From contig MU061538.1 of assembly GCA_013265495.1 (NCBI GenBank), forward strand, positions 558,001 to 622,000: a stretch of 64,000 nucleotides of DNA, read 5' to 3'. Within the stretch, counting starts at the first letter, position 1. The number at the start of each line of letters is the position of its first letter. Below are positions 22,056-33,858 of this stretch, piece after piece. The notes beneath the pieces were generated by a model. The model worked only from the letters and a program-made list of their open reading frames with translations, did not search any database and was not told the origin of the DNA. This stretch comes from Vicugna vicugna (taxonomy: Eukaryota). The position numbers were made by a program, and so were the translations under genes.

Positions 22056-25000
22056 TCGAACCCTCCTGCCATCCTCGCATCGCCCTTCGCGTCGGGAGCG
22101 ATGGCTGTGGCTGAGAGAGACCTGGGCTGGGGACCAGGCTCGCCGTCCCCACTGTGCCCTCCCTCCAGAGGAGGCGTTTCTGAAATGCCAGGTCTGTGGG
22201 GTAAACACGCAGCACCAGGGGGGCCCTCCCCATGCTCCGTGAAACCTCGTCAACACGTTGAACTGAGGTATCGGTGTGGGAAGAGCTGGGGGTGGGGGGT
22301 GCTTTAGAGCCCCCGTGAACCCGTCAGCCGAGACTGCCAGCGTGCGGGGCGGCACCTGGCCCAGAGGAGGCGCTCCGTGGGTGCTGAGGGTGGTGGATGA
22401 GGACACAGTGACGGTGGCAGTGAGGACGGGTGGTAAGGGCTCCTCGTCTCTTGAGCAAGACGAGGGTTAGGAAGGCGACCAGGGCTTCCGGTAGAACTCA
22501 GCCCATGTCTGGCCCAGGCTGCTCTGAGGAGGTGGGCATCTGTCTCCGCCTGGCATGGCCGCTTCCAGCCGCCTGCGTGCCAGCCTGGACGGCCCGGGCA
22601 CACAGGTGGGGCCGCGCAGACCTCCTTCGCCCGAGTTGAGCCAGGACGTCTGACTTGGGGAACCCTTGGAACGTCAAGGTCGGGGAGTCGTCAGCTGCAG
22701 GAGTCCAGGAAGCTTCCGGTTGTGCCTACTGCGTTATTTGCCCATCACTGGTGGCCCGGCTTGGGGAGCGGGGCTTGGCAGTGGGACTGAGACCTCCTGG
22801 GTCGGCTGGAGTGTTGCCAGGGCTGCGGGTCAGACACGCCCCCTCCCACGTCTCCAGTTCCAGCTTTCAGCTGAAGCGTTAAAGGTCGTTACAGAAGCCA
22901 CGTCAGCGACAGTCGGGGGAGAAAGAAGATGCCTGTTGAGCTGTGTGGTTCCTCCCTGCGCTTCCATTTTCGCAACTCCGTCCTGATTTGCCCCGGGACT
23001 TATCAGGAGCAGAGCACGTGAGGAAGAGGAGTGTGTGTCTGGTCTGCAAGGACTGACAGGCTTTGGGTGAGGGGCCGGCCTGCGCTCCAGCGGGCGCGTG
23101 AGCTGCGTCCTGGAGGAGGCGGAGCGCGCTCAGTAACGTGCCCTCTGAGCCCCACTTCGGGCAGCGTGCCAGCCGCAGAGTCTGTGAGGCCGAGGGCTCT
23201 CCTGCACTTCACAACCATGGAGAATGATGGCCCCTCCGAGCCGTCCACGGGGCTCCCAAAGGATGTCACAGCGCTGCCTCGTCTGCGCCTCCGGCAGCAG
23301 GACCTGACTCCAGCTCCCCCCGCCGCACCTCCTGCGTCACCTCGGCTGCTGCCCGGGGCCCTCGGTCCCCCAGGGGCTGCTGCAGGCAGTGATGCCCACC
23401 AGCCAGCTGGCACCTACTGAAGCCTCCGTGGATCTGTGCTGGGCATGAGGGAGCTGGAAAGGGACTTCTGTCTTCGAGCTTGGGAGGCAAGAGGTCGCTA
23501 ACATGAAGACGGCCAGAGACCAGGACAGGACCGGCTGGGGGAGCCTGGCTTGGGGGCACGGGCAGGGCGGCAGGGAGGGCGCGGGCGGGGCGTGGGGCTG
23601 GGGGGGGGCGCTCTGTTTGCTCTGACTGCAGTCGGTTCCAGACTTCGAAGAGACTTGAAAATCATTTTCACTTCTTAGTTAAAATGTGTATCTTTAACTG
23701 TTATTTTGAGAAAACATTTGCAGAATGGGAACGATCACTCCATGCTGCTCAGTAAACACTGATGGTGGTGGAGCGTCTCGGGGACTTTACTGACGTTGTG
23801 GGACCCGGGTTATTAAAATAACGCAGCTGCATCCGACCAGTGGAGCATGGGTTTGCAGCCGAAGCTGTTGTTGGGGTGTCGGGGGCTGGGGGGCGCCGCG
23901 TCCCTAGTTAAAGCTCTGGGACCCACCTTAGGATTCCGTCTGCAGAGGTGCTTCTCCCCGTGGGGGGTGTGCACGTGTGTGCGCACGTGAGTGTGCCGTC
24001 CCGCCCTGGAGACGTAAAGGCCGTCTGAGCATCGCTGAGCAGCCGGGTAGGGGTGGTGAGACTGTCAGGGCGAGCGTTGCTGACTTCGCTTCACGAGTCA
24101 GTGAAAGGGAGGCGGGGCTGAGGACCGAGGCTCCGCCCCGGGGACAGGTGCCGGGCTGGCCTGGGTGAGGGCCGGTCACCTAGGGCTTAGCTCTGGCTCT
24201 GCCCTCCCGGGAGGAGGAGGCAGGTTCCTCTGCTTCTCCCTCAGCGATGGCCGTGGCCCTGTGCCCCTCAGCCTCCCCCGAGGCGGCACGGGCCCCCGGA
24301 GCCGGGAGCGCCCACCCAGCGCACACAGCCCACGTCCGTTTCCACTTCCCAGAGCAGCACTAATCAGACGAGCCATTTACGGTGAGAACATCTCCCTGAA
24401 ATAGCTCCCGTAAACCAAGCCGTGAGTCACTGCTTGTGGGCTCACAGCAGCCCAGCCAGCCTGGGAAGGGCAGCTCCTTCCAGGTCGCAGCCGCTCGAGG
24501 CCGGCCGGCCGGCCGCTCAGATGCCGCTCTGCTGGCCCTCCTGTGCTTTTTCTTGACGAGGCAGTGCTGGCCTCTGCCTTCCCAGGCCTTTCACTCCCGT
24601 TTAATCATACCAAGTGTAAACCTGCCTGGTATTGTTTTTTATTACAACCGTTCACGCCTGCTCCACTTAGAAAATATAAGTGAAAAATAAGGGGAAGCCT
24701 GCGCCCCTCCCCGAGCGGAGCCCTTCCGCGCGGCGTCGCAGGGGCCCTGCTCTCTCAGGGTGTGGGCTCCACGTCCAAGCTTCTGTGGGGGCCTCCCTGT
24801 GCCCCCAGGCCCCGTGGCCGCCTGCTCGTGACGAGGCGGGCGGCCTCCTCCTCCTCTGTGGGGTTGGGGTGCCTCTGCCCCCCTGTTTTCACCCTGCTGG
24901 GCTCGGGCCCCGCCCCAGGGAGCCCCCCCTTGCAGCGCGTTCTCGGGGATTTGTCCTGTCCACGGAGTGATTGCCCCCGCCCCCGCACACCCTAATGAAC

Positions 25001-26160
25001 CCATTTCTCTTTCTCCCAGGCTTTGTGCACCCCTCCTTCGTCTGGCCCTGTTGCCACTAATTACGTCCCCAAATAACCCTAAACCCCGGCCGCCTTTGTG
25101 TGCGCTCTCCGGCGGGCCCGCTTTGTTCCTGTTGTTCCTTGAAAGGTACAAAGGGGTTTTTCTCAAGCCGTTGGCGGCCTGTCTCTCCTTCGGCGGAATC
25201 CAGGGACGGCGGGTCTTTTCTCTTGGGGTGAGTCTCGCTCGGCAGCGACAGCCGGAGAGGGGACGTTTGTGTTATTACGTGTATGCGTGGATTTCTGCCT
25301 CAGAATCCTAGTCGACGCACTCAGCAAATTGTGTTACAAAGACGTACAAAACACCTCGAGACGCTGCAGAGACGCCCAGGGCCTGTGCCCCGCGATTCTC
25401 CAGAAAGGAATGACTGTGGCTCGACACGCGGTGTGTGCCCATGTTTTCTGAGCCTGGGTCCTCGCACCCTAAGGACTCCCTCTGAAACTCGGAAGCTCTT
25501 GTGTGGAAGCACGTCCGGTGCTGCCCTGCTCTGCTGACCGGGCCCCAGGCAGGGGGCGACCGGGCTCAAGGCCTCCGGGTGGCCAGTGAGGCTGCGTGTG
25601 CTGCTGGGGTGACTCTGATCACCACGCCCCTTGGCCCCGGACAGGTCGGAGGCAGCGGCACCAGGATGGGCGTTTCCTGTCTTCTTGTTGGAGAGTCGGT
25701 GCCCCTCTTAGCTTTCCTGGCAGGTGAGGAGCTGTTTGGATCTGGTAGAACAGCGGGACACAAGCCTCACACGTCTGGTCGCTTTGTGATGGAACATTTA
25801 AGTTTAGGGGCTGAGGGAATGCTGCTTCCTTCTTCTTGGAAACTTCCAAGCTCCGATTTCCCCAGGAAGGGAGCGGAGAGATTCTTGCTCAAGACAGTGG
25901 TGGTCGGCAGACAGGGCTCCGCACGGCCCTTGGTGGCGCAGTGCAGCAGGCAGCGGCCCGTGTGGATCAGGGCCCCTCGGGTGTGGTGTCCTGACTCCCG
26001 TGTCCTCCCCCGTCTGCAGACGAGGAGGCTCTGCGGGGAGGCTGTGTCCAGCATGAGGAGGACGCTGATGGTGGCTAGATTTCGCTTCGAGCCAGCCCGA
26101 GTTCACTGCGTCACCCGTTCACTCTTAGGATCCTCCCAGCAGCTCAGCGCAGCCGCTCCA

Positions 26161-26243
26161 CTGTTACACCCACTTCGCCGGTGACAGACTGAGGCACAGA
26201 GACTCGGGCAGCCTGTCCAGGGTCACGCAGCTCGCGAGCGGCC
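26161..26243 (-). mobile_element. MIR SINE fragment
   Basis: cccacttcgccggtgacagactgaggcacagaga...tccagggtcacgcagct matches the antisense MIR core. Confidence 0.7.
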
Positions 26244-29200
26244 AGGCGCCGCTTCTGACTGGGGCAATCTGGGCCCCCCGACGCCCAGCTGCACAGAGCG
26301 GGCCTGGCTCTGCCTTCTCCACCACCGATGACTTCCTTTCCTCCGTGGGACTCCTCCCGAGACACTGGTGGCCCTGGAAGACCTGCCTCCTGAGAGGACA
26401 GGCGTCGATGTCCCGCTGTGGGCTTGCCCAGGCTCACGTCCGCCCCGTTGCGCTGTGAGCGTCCCTCTCGCCCGGAGCTGGAATGGCTTGCGTCTGTTTC
26501 CCTTGGTGATTTTCTCTGCTCCTGGGAGGGTCCAGAAGCTCCGAAGAGACGGACGCCTTGAAACCCAAAGCAGCCCGCCCCCCCCCCCCGTACATGATCT
26601 CCGCTTTCGCTGCCAGAAAACAACTTTCTGTTAATTGACACACACACCGGCTCCTCCTTTCCTGCGCTGGGATGAGAAAACGAACAGATCTGGGAGGAGG
26701 GCGCCGGCTCCCGGCCGCGGAGCTCTCGGTGCCGGGAGAGGCTCACCCCAGGTCTGCGAAGGTGCAGTTCTTGTGCTCGGCACCCGTGGCTCTGCAGACG
26801 TGGAAGGAAGCACCGTTAGGGACGAATTACGTGGACGGCTGGTCGACCCCACATGAAGGTCTATGACTGGAAGGTTCACTGGTTCAGTCTGTCTGTCTTC
26901 TTCCTTCCTTCATGATTAATTGCCTCTTGGGCACTGAGTCCCTGGGTTGCTGCACAAAGTCGTAATTGTCTTTCTGACTCCAGGGCATCAGGCCAAGTGC
27001 TCAGGGGCAGTTTGTTGCAGCGGTGCCATCCTAGGTCGGGAGCAGTCACTGTTCCAAGTAAAGCAGAGTCAGCCGGCATCTCAGCCACCTTAAAAGACTT
27101 TTTAACGGAGGGGCTGGAAGGTGCTGCACCTTCTCGTCCTGCAAAGTGAAGACCGTTGGCCAGAAGCCTCCACCGGGCTCAGGGTGTGTGTGCCGCTGGA
27201 GGGAACCACGGCTTGACTGCGTCTGCACCTTGGCCGGCCCCTCTAGTTCGCAGGTCAGGGTTTCCGTGACCTCAGCCAGGGGGTCTGCATCCTGAGTGTA
27301 GATTCTGCCCTTCCTGCCAAACCAGGAAGAGCTCAGAACGGAAGTGGGCTGGTATCTGTCTTCCTCAGAGCATGCTTTGCAGGGTATTTGCCGTTGTCAG
27401 GTACCTTTTGCTCAAATTAAACGCCCTCCACGGATGGTCACAGCTCTGTGTTGCAAACTCACTCGACAGAACGTCACTCATAGGAGGCTGGTCTCGGCTT
27501 GTCCTCGGCGTGGGGGTCCTGTCCGGTCTTGCGTGGCCCCCTTGCAGGTTTGATAACAAATGCAGGGCGATAAACTCGGGTGAGTGCTCTGGTCTCATAG
27601 CCTTGCCCTGCAATGAGAACTAATGCTGTGAACTTGAAGTTGCATTTTAAATAAATGTTTGAGCCCAGCCCGGGGTCTCTCTCCCCCAGAGGGGTCAGTG
27701 AGAGCGTGCCGTCATCTGTCCCCGGGGGGACTGCAGTCGCCTTTCTAGGCACAGGTGACACTTCCAAATGAGGAGCACGGCTCCAGGCCGAGGCCCCGCG
27801 GGGTCACTTTCTGGTCTGGGGGCGGGAGGGTGTGGGAGCACGGGCTTCCCTTCCCAAGGGCTCGGACCAGCAGCGCACAGGACTGACAGGCTTCCACAAA
27901 ACCGTGAATCCGAGCCGAGGGGCTTCAGGCCCCGTCAGCTCGTCTCCTGACCCCGGCCAGAGCACTGCTAAATCAGGCACTGTCTGCATTGTTTTCCTCT
28001 GTTCTAAAAAGAAGCTCAGTTTTCCTTAGACGTTTTTAATTTTGAAGTCGCAGTACAGAGAATGGACAGCGTATAGGATTTCTATTAATAATTTACAAAG
28101 GATAATCAACCTCAGGGACCAGTTCTAAAGGTCGTGTGGTGATTCCCCGGAGATTTCTGCATCTCTTGGCTCCTGCCTGCCTCTCTGGGGACACCTGCCG
28201 GGTCCTGTGACTGTGCAGTAGGTGGGGGAGGAGGCCGAGAGGCCGTGGCAGGCGTGAGAGCTCGTGGCTCAGGTCCTCAGTGACGTGGAGGGACGGCACG
28301 TGGTGCGGGGCAGAACCAGCCCTGCGGTGCTGAAGACATGCGGGTTCCGAGCCCCTTCCTCAGGCAGCGGGATGGCGTGTCCCCTCCTGGTGGGCGTGCC
28401 CATCAGACTGGGGCGTGTCGCACAAAACCACTTGTGAGTGATCTCGGGCTCTGTCACAAGCCGGTGGATCGGCGCTTCTTGTGTCAACTTAAGGGAAGCA
28501 GCCGAGGGGGCGTTTGCCTGCGGCGGGTGTGCAGCCTGGCTCTCCCAGCCCTGCCTGGCGGACTCCGGATTCCATCAGACACCTCAGTGAGCCTCAGAGT
28601 ACCTGAGACCCGCACACAGCTGTCATCGCTCCGGCTCCACAGTCCCCGATTGCGTGGCCTTGTGCCGTGGCCCAGGCACTGTTCCCACCCAGCCTCAGGT
28701 CCAGAAGACGAGGTAGGAGTGGCAGATGGAGAAGAGGCCCCCTGTGCCCACTCCTGCGCAGGGTGGAGCTCGGACCCCAGCCTCGCGGAAGGTGGCAGGC
28801 AGACCCCTGTGGACGAGCGAGCTGTGGGCTGAGGGGACTGCCTCCAGTCGGCCCAGGAAAGCTCGGCCACGAGCCAGGCTGCCTCAGCAGGGAGATGCCA
28901 GCTGCAGGTGCGCAGTTCTCCGCCACGTTCACAGCCCATCAGTGCAGGTGGGCTCCAGCCCGCACGCACACAAGAGGCCACATCCCCGTCGGCAGGGCCT
29001 CCAGCCAGACTTGCACCTCCAGACAGTGCGGCAGCACGGCGGAGTCACACTGCCAGGAGCGGTCAGATCGCAGATGGGGGCTGGGTCTCAGCGGTGCTGC
29101 CGGCGGGGTGACACGGAGCCACGTCCCCCTGCTCACCCCCCGTGGCTCCACCCCCGGGAAGTTCTTCTCTGGCCTCAGCGGTGACCCAGCCTCAGCTCTC

Positions 29201-30585
29201 TGGTTCCCGCCTGCGGCTCCCCACCCACCTGGGCTCCCGTCCTAACACCCAGCAGATGTCCTTACGCCTCCTTGTCACCGTTCAGCTCTGTCTGGACTGT
29301 GAGCGCCGGCAGGTCGGGCCCCCCACCTCGGTCTCATTCACCCCAGCATTCCTGGGTCCAGCGTAGTGTCGGACATGCTAATAACTGGACGGTGCGTGGA
29401 TTCACGGTGGTAGGAGGTCGTCACCTGGGGTGTGCAGGCTCAGCTCTGAAGGCTCCTTCTGAGCACATGGTGTGATCCAGTCCTCCGGGGAGCCATGCAG
29501 TTGCTGCGGGTTCCTGTCTGAGGCACAGAGAGGATAGGTGGTTCGCCCGGGGCCACACAGCCGTGGCTGCTGCAGCCAGCTCTAGGAATCCAGCGTCTTG
29601 ACTCCGGGGTGTGAGTAGGTGTGAGTCTCCCGGAAGCCGGGCGAGAACCCAGGTCACAGAGACGGGACGGTTCTCACCACAGCTCCTCTGGGGGAGCAGG
29701 TGTTCCCTGATTCTGGGACCCAGGAGGACTCTCCACCACACAGCCTTGGGGGCTTGTCATGCATGTCATGGGGCGCAGGACCTCAAGGGCCCGGAATGCC
29801 GCCTCAGCGGGTGACCCAGGAGCTCAGCTGCACAGCAGCTGCTGCATCTCGGGTGTGTCACCTCCCTCCGTCCACTGGCACCAGGTCGGGCCCTCGCGCG
29901 GGCAGTGGCTTCAAGCCCGGGGTTCCCACCACCGGCCTGACCCTCCTGCAGGGAGACCCGGGCTTCGCCACCTCGCACGGTCCTGCCCCCTCGTTGTTTA
30001 TTTCCTGGGAACCTGTCAGCAGTCAGTTCAGAGTCAAGTGCCCACCTTAGCAGACGCACCCACTGTCACCAGTAGGTGAGAGCGTGCAGTGAGAGAGGCC
30101 TGACCCCCCGGGGTTCCCCGCAGGTGGTGGGTCTGCCAGCTCGGGAACCACCCCCCACGGAGACCCGTCCCCAGCGGCTCCCAGCCTCCGGCTCCCTCTC
30201 CCCAGTCAAGGCGCCCAGGGCTGGGTTTCCCTTGCTGTTGGGGGGTGGGGGGAACTGATTTTTCTTGGATCTTCACTGCAGCTTCCTTCTTTTTAAAACA
30301 CTTTTATTTAAAAAAAAAAATGAAGACCCACAGGGAGAATCAGGGCTCTGTAGCACCGGGTAGGGTGCGGGGCCTGGGTCCAGCCCTGGTGGGACCAGCG
30401 GGCGCCGATGTGGCCTTGGCTGCGCCTCTGAACCGGCACTGATCACCTGTCAGATGAGGAGGTTTGAGTCGGCCAGCTCTGAAATCCTGCGTCTCCTCTA
30501 GAAACATCTCTGAACTCGCCAAGCTGCCGAGACTCGGTTCTGGTTCAGAGAACTGTCTTCCTTTCGTCGCTGCGGCTCCTCCGCT

Positions 30586-30600
30586 GTTGCTCTGGGCAAC
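30586..30600. promoter_or_regulatory. RFX X-box-like site (3-nt spacer)
   Basis: GTTGCT-CTG-GGCAAC. Motif only. Confidence 0.4.
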
Positions 30601-32340
30601 GAAGGGGACGGGGCAGCAGGCACCGTGCTGGGAGCTCCACCTGCACAGATCCTTTCCTTCTTCTGTACCGTTTTGTTACTTCCTCTTCTCAGTGGGAACA
30701 CGCAGGCTCGGGGACCTGGAGTGGCTCACCCAAGTTCTCACAGAGCCTGGCCTCCCCCGGGGAGCCAGGAAGGCCACATGCAGGCTGGGCGGTCACCAGC
30801 AGCTTCACAGGCAGCCGCCGGGCGGGCCTGGTGCTTCATTTCTCGGGGAGGAGACCTCGCACCTCAGATCCTCTTCCCCGAGGAGCCCTCTCTCGGCGGA
30901 CGTGCTCTGAGCTCCCTTGGCCTCAGCTCCGTCAGACCTGTCCTGGGTGAGCTGTGTTGAACCGTAGACGTTACTGCAGAAACGTTTTTGGTGTGTTTCC
31001 CCCATTCGAGCAACGTCCCGTGTGCCTTAGTGGGAAGTGAGAGGTGGACTTGGCTCCTTGTGTCTCGGGCTCTGTATTTTTGAGATTCTGGGAAAACATG
31101 GGTGGATTTTTCAAACAAATTTGTTGTTTAGAAACCACGTGTAATTCTGAGAACTGGATGAGGTGGGGCAGGGAGGGGGAGGGGGAGAGGGAGGGACGGG
31201 GGCAGGGATTGGGGGGTGGGACGCTCTCGTCAGAGACCCCACCTCACCTCACCGTTGGCCCTTTTCCATTTTCACTTGTCCTTTCCACGGTCCTCCGCAG
31301 GCACCCACACTGGTCCCTGTGACCAGTCGCTCTAGTGAGGAGGGGGTTCACGTCTGGTGGTGCCCAGCAGCCCCCTCAACGCACCCAGGCCGTCCTCCCA
31401 CCTGGACAGGCCCCCGGGGCCAGCGCAGCGTCCCCAGGGAGCTCCGGGGGCCTTGCCACCCGCCCTCGGTGGCTTCTCAGGGACCTCCAGTGCTGAGGAA
31501 AGCAGCAGTCCGGGTGACGGAGGGGAAGCCCACGGAGGGTGCGGAGGCCCAGCCGCCTGGGGCCGGAGGGCAGGCGGGGTGGCCCCTGGGCACGTGCGCA
31601 GCTCGTGGGCTCAGACTCTGACAGACTTCCCTCCGTGTGGTTTATTCAGAGGCTCCAGCGGAAGGCTGAGATGTTCCTATCACCGCTGATGCTCCGGAGT
31701 CGGGGGCATCCAGCTGAGTCTGGGGTGACGGGGAGGCAGCCGGAGCCCCACGTCTAGCAGCCGTGCGGGGCCGAGGGCGCGGCCGGGCCTCCCACGAGGG
31801 CTGGCTAAACGTCCCTGTGCAAGGCGGCCCAAGACTCCGCGGGGACCCGGAGGGGCTCTGTGGTTCTCCATGGGGCCGGGCCTTCAGCTCGCCGACACCC
31901 GAGCCCTGCCCGGCGGTGTGCCCAGCAGAGCGGGCGTCTCCCGCCAGCCCGGCACCATCCTCCACAGATGCACTTTGTCCTGTCGGCTTGGGCGGAGTTT
32001 AGGGAACAAGGAGAAGAACAGAAAGGGGTTTTCCCTGAACACCCCCCGACTCTGGTGCCAGTGTCTGTGTTTCGTCCATCGTGCAAAACCCCTCGCCTCC
32101 CTCCGTGGCCCACACTCTGATACAGGAGGAGGGCACCTGGGTCAGAGCACACCTTCTTCTGAACCTGTGTGTCTGTGTATGTGTACTTGTGTGTACCATG
32201 TGGCATGTGTGTCTCCAGCATATTTGTCTGCGTGTGTATCTGCAGGTGTGTGTGGTCACAGGTGAATCCCCAGCCCCTTGGCTCTCAGGACCCAGCTCTG
32301 ACCCCCGCCGGCACTCACTCGCGCCCTCCCTGTCTTGCAG

Positions 32341-32535
32341 GAGCTGTGCCGGCAGCGCATGGCCGTGCGCACGTCCGAGCGCCCGGAGGCCCCGCACACG
32401 TCCCGCGTCAGCAGCGTGTCGTCTCAGTTCAGCGACGGGCCGATGCCCAGCCCCTCTGCGCGGAGCAGCACCTCGTCCTGGTCGGAGGAGCCTGTGCAGC
32501 CCAACATGGACATCTCGACCGGCCACATGGTCCTG
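32341..32535 (+). CDS. PTPRN2: PTPRN2 juxtamembrane cytoplasmic exon (exon 14 equivalent), 195 nt, phase 0-0
   Basis: Acceptor ccctccctgtcttgcag| and donor CTG|gtgagg. Translates [65 protein letters not shown], a diagnostic IA-2 family segment. Confidence 0.98.
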
Positions 32536-33109
32536 GTGAGGCACGCATCCTCTGTGCTGGGACGGGCTTGGCCGTCTCTGTCGGGGGGACAGGAGGGAGA
32601 GGCTTGCGGGGCCCTACCCCACTCACACGCCCTGATTCCTGCGGCAGCGGATGTAAGATGGGGGGAACCTGACCTTGACAGGTGGCTCAGGGGCAGGAGG
32701 AGGGCAGCCACACATCCAAGCCCCTCTGCACCGAGGTCCCCCCGAGTGGGCACCTGAGAACTGGCCACTTGGGGTCCCCTCTGCTCTGCTCAGAACCCGA
32801 GCACACCCCTCAGTGCGGGGTTACACCTTGGCTATCTGTGCCGGTGGTGGGTGCACATCGGTTAGTGCCTGCTGTGTGCATGGCTCCCCCCAGCCCGACT
32901 CAGCAGGCAGCAGTCCTGTCTTTGCCCCCAGCCCCCCTCAGGTGAATTCACATCACTCACGGGCATCTTCTAATTAAAAGTGACACGGGACGGATCAGGG
33001 GCTCCGTAAGCGTCTTCTGGAGGCCACGGTGCAGAAGCCTCCCAGTGGGAAGCCCTCCCAGTGGCCCCTCCCCACAGTGGCCCCACCCCTCCCCCACCTC
33101 CCGGGGCCC

Positions 33110-33209
33110 NNNNNNNNNNNNNNNNNNNNNNNNNNNNNNNNNNNNNNNNNNNNNNNNNNNNNNNNNNNNNNNNNNNNNNNNNNNNNNNNNNNNNNNNNNN
33201 NNNNNNNNN
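33110..33209. other. Assembly gap (100 N, probably of unknown true size)
   Basis: Exactly 100 N. Confidence 1.
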
Positions 33210-33529
33210 GGCGTTTGTTCTATCTCAGCCCTTCTTGCTGGCAAGTCCGGAAGGCCGTGTGGACACCCCTCCCCCACCCTCCCCCACCCCGGCCGCAGGT
33301 GTCCTGTCCAGTGACTGTCAGTGGACACACGGTTCCTTGCCATTGTCTCTCCCCTGGAGATGGGGTTCCCGTCGGGGAGGGGTTCCCTCTGCGGTTAACT
33401 TCCCAAAACCCAGTGCAGGGTGGGTCCTGCAAGATGTTTTTGCTGCGCTAAACATTTATTTTTTGTGGGGACTTTCCTTGATTGTTTAATAACAACATGG
33501 ACAAGGGGAGTTAGGCCACAGAAGCCGGG

Positions 33530-33858
33530 GTCTCGGTCCCGCTGGCCGCGGTGACAGGCACCTCTGACTGGGCAGCCTCAGCTACAGACACTTCTCACCG
33601 TCTGGAGGCCGGGAGTCTGAGATCCAGGGCCCGCAGATCCGTGTCCGGCGGAGGGCCGCTTCTGGGCCACAGCCGGCAGCTTCTTGCTGCGTCCTCACGT
33701 GGGGAAGGGGCGAGGGAGCTCTGTGGGATCTGTTACTAGGGCACTCACCCCGTCACCATGGCTCTACCTTGTGACCTCATCGCCTCCTGACACTGCCACC
33801 TTGGGGGTTAGGATTCAACACAGCAATTTGAGGGAACACAGACATTCCTCCCAGAGCA
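33530..33858 (-). mobile_element. MaLR solo LTR, MLT1A-like
   Basis: ctcaccgtctggaggccgggagtctgagatc...ttgggggttaggattcaacacagcaatttgagggaacacagacattc matches the recalled MLT1A consensus in reverse. Confidence 0.8.

Larger units (their letters stand above)
11140..32340 (+). other. PTPRN2: PTPRN2 intron 13 (21,201 nt, GT-AG)
   Basis: Bounded by the two exons; the joined frame is continuous (AYQ|ELC). Confidence 0.93.

Noticed and set aside
23217-23420. 67-aa smORF with strong Kozak (ACAACCATGG, MENDGPSEPS...)
   Set aside because: No promoter, splice or poly(A) support nearby, low-complexity product, and a GC-rich background.
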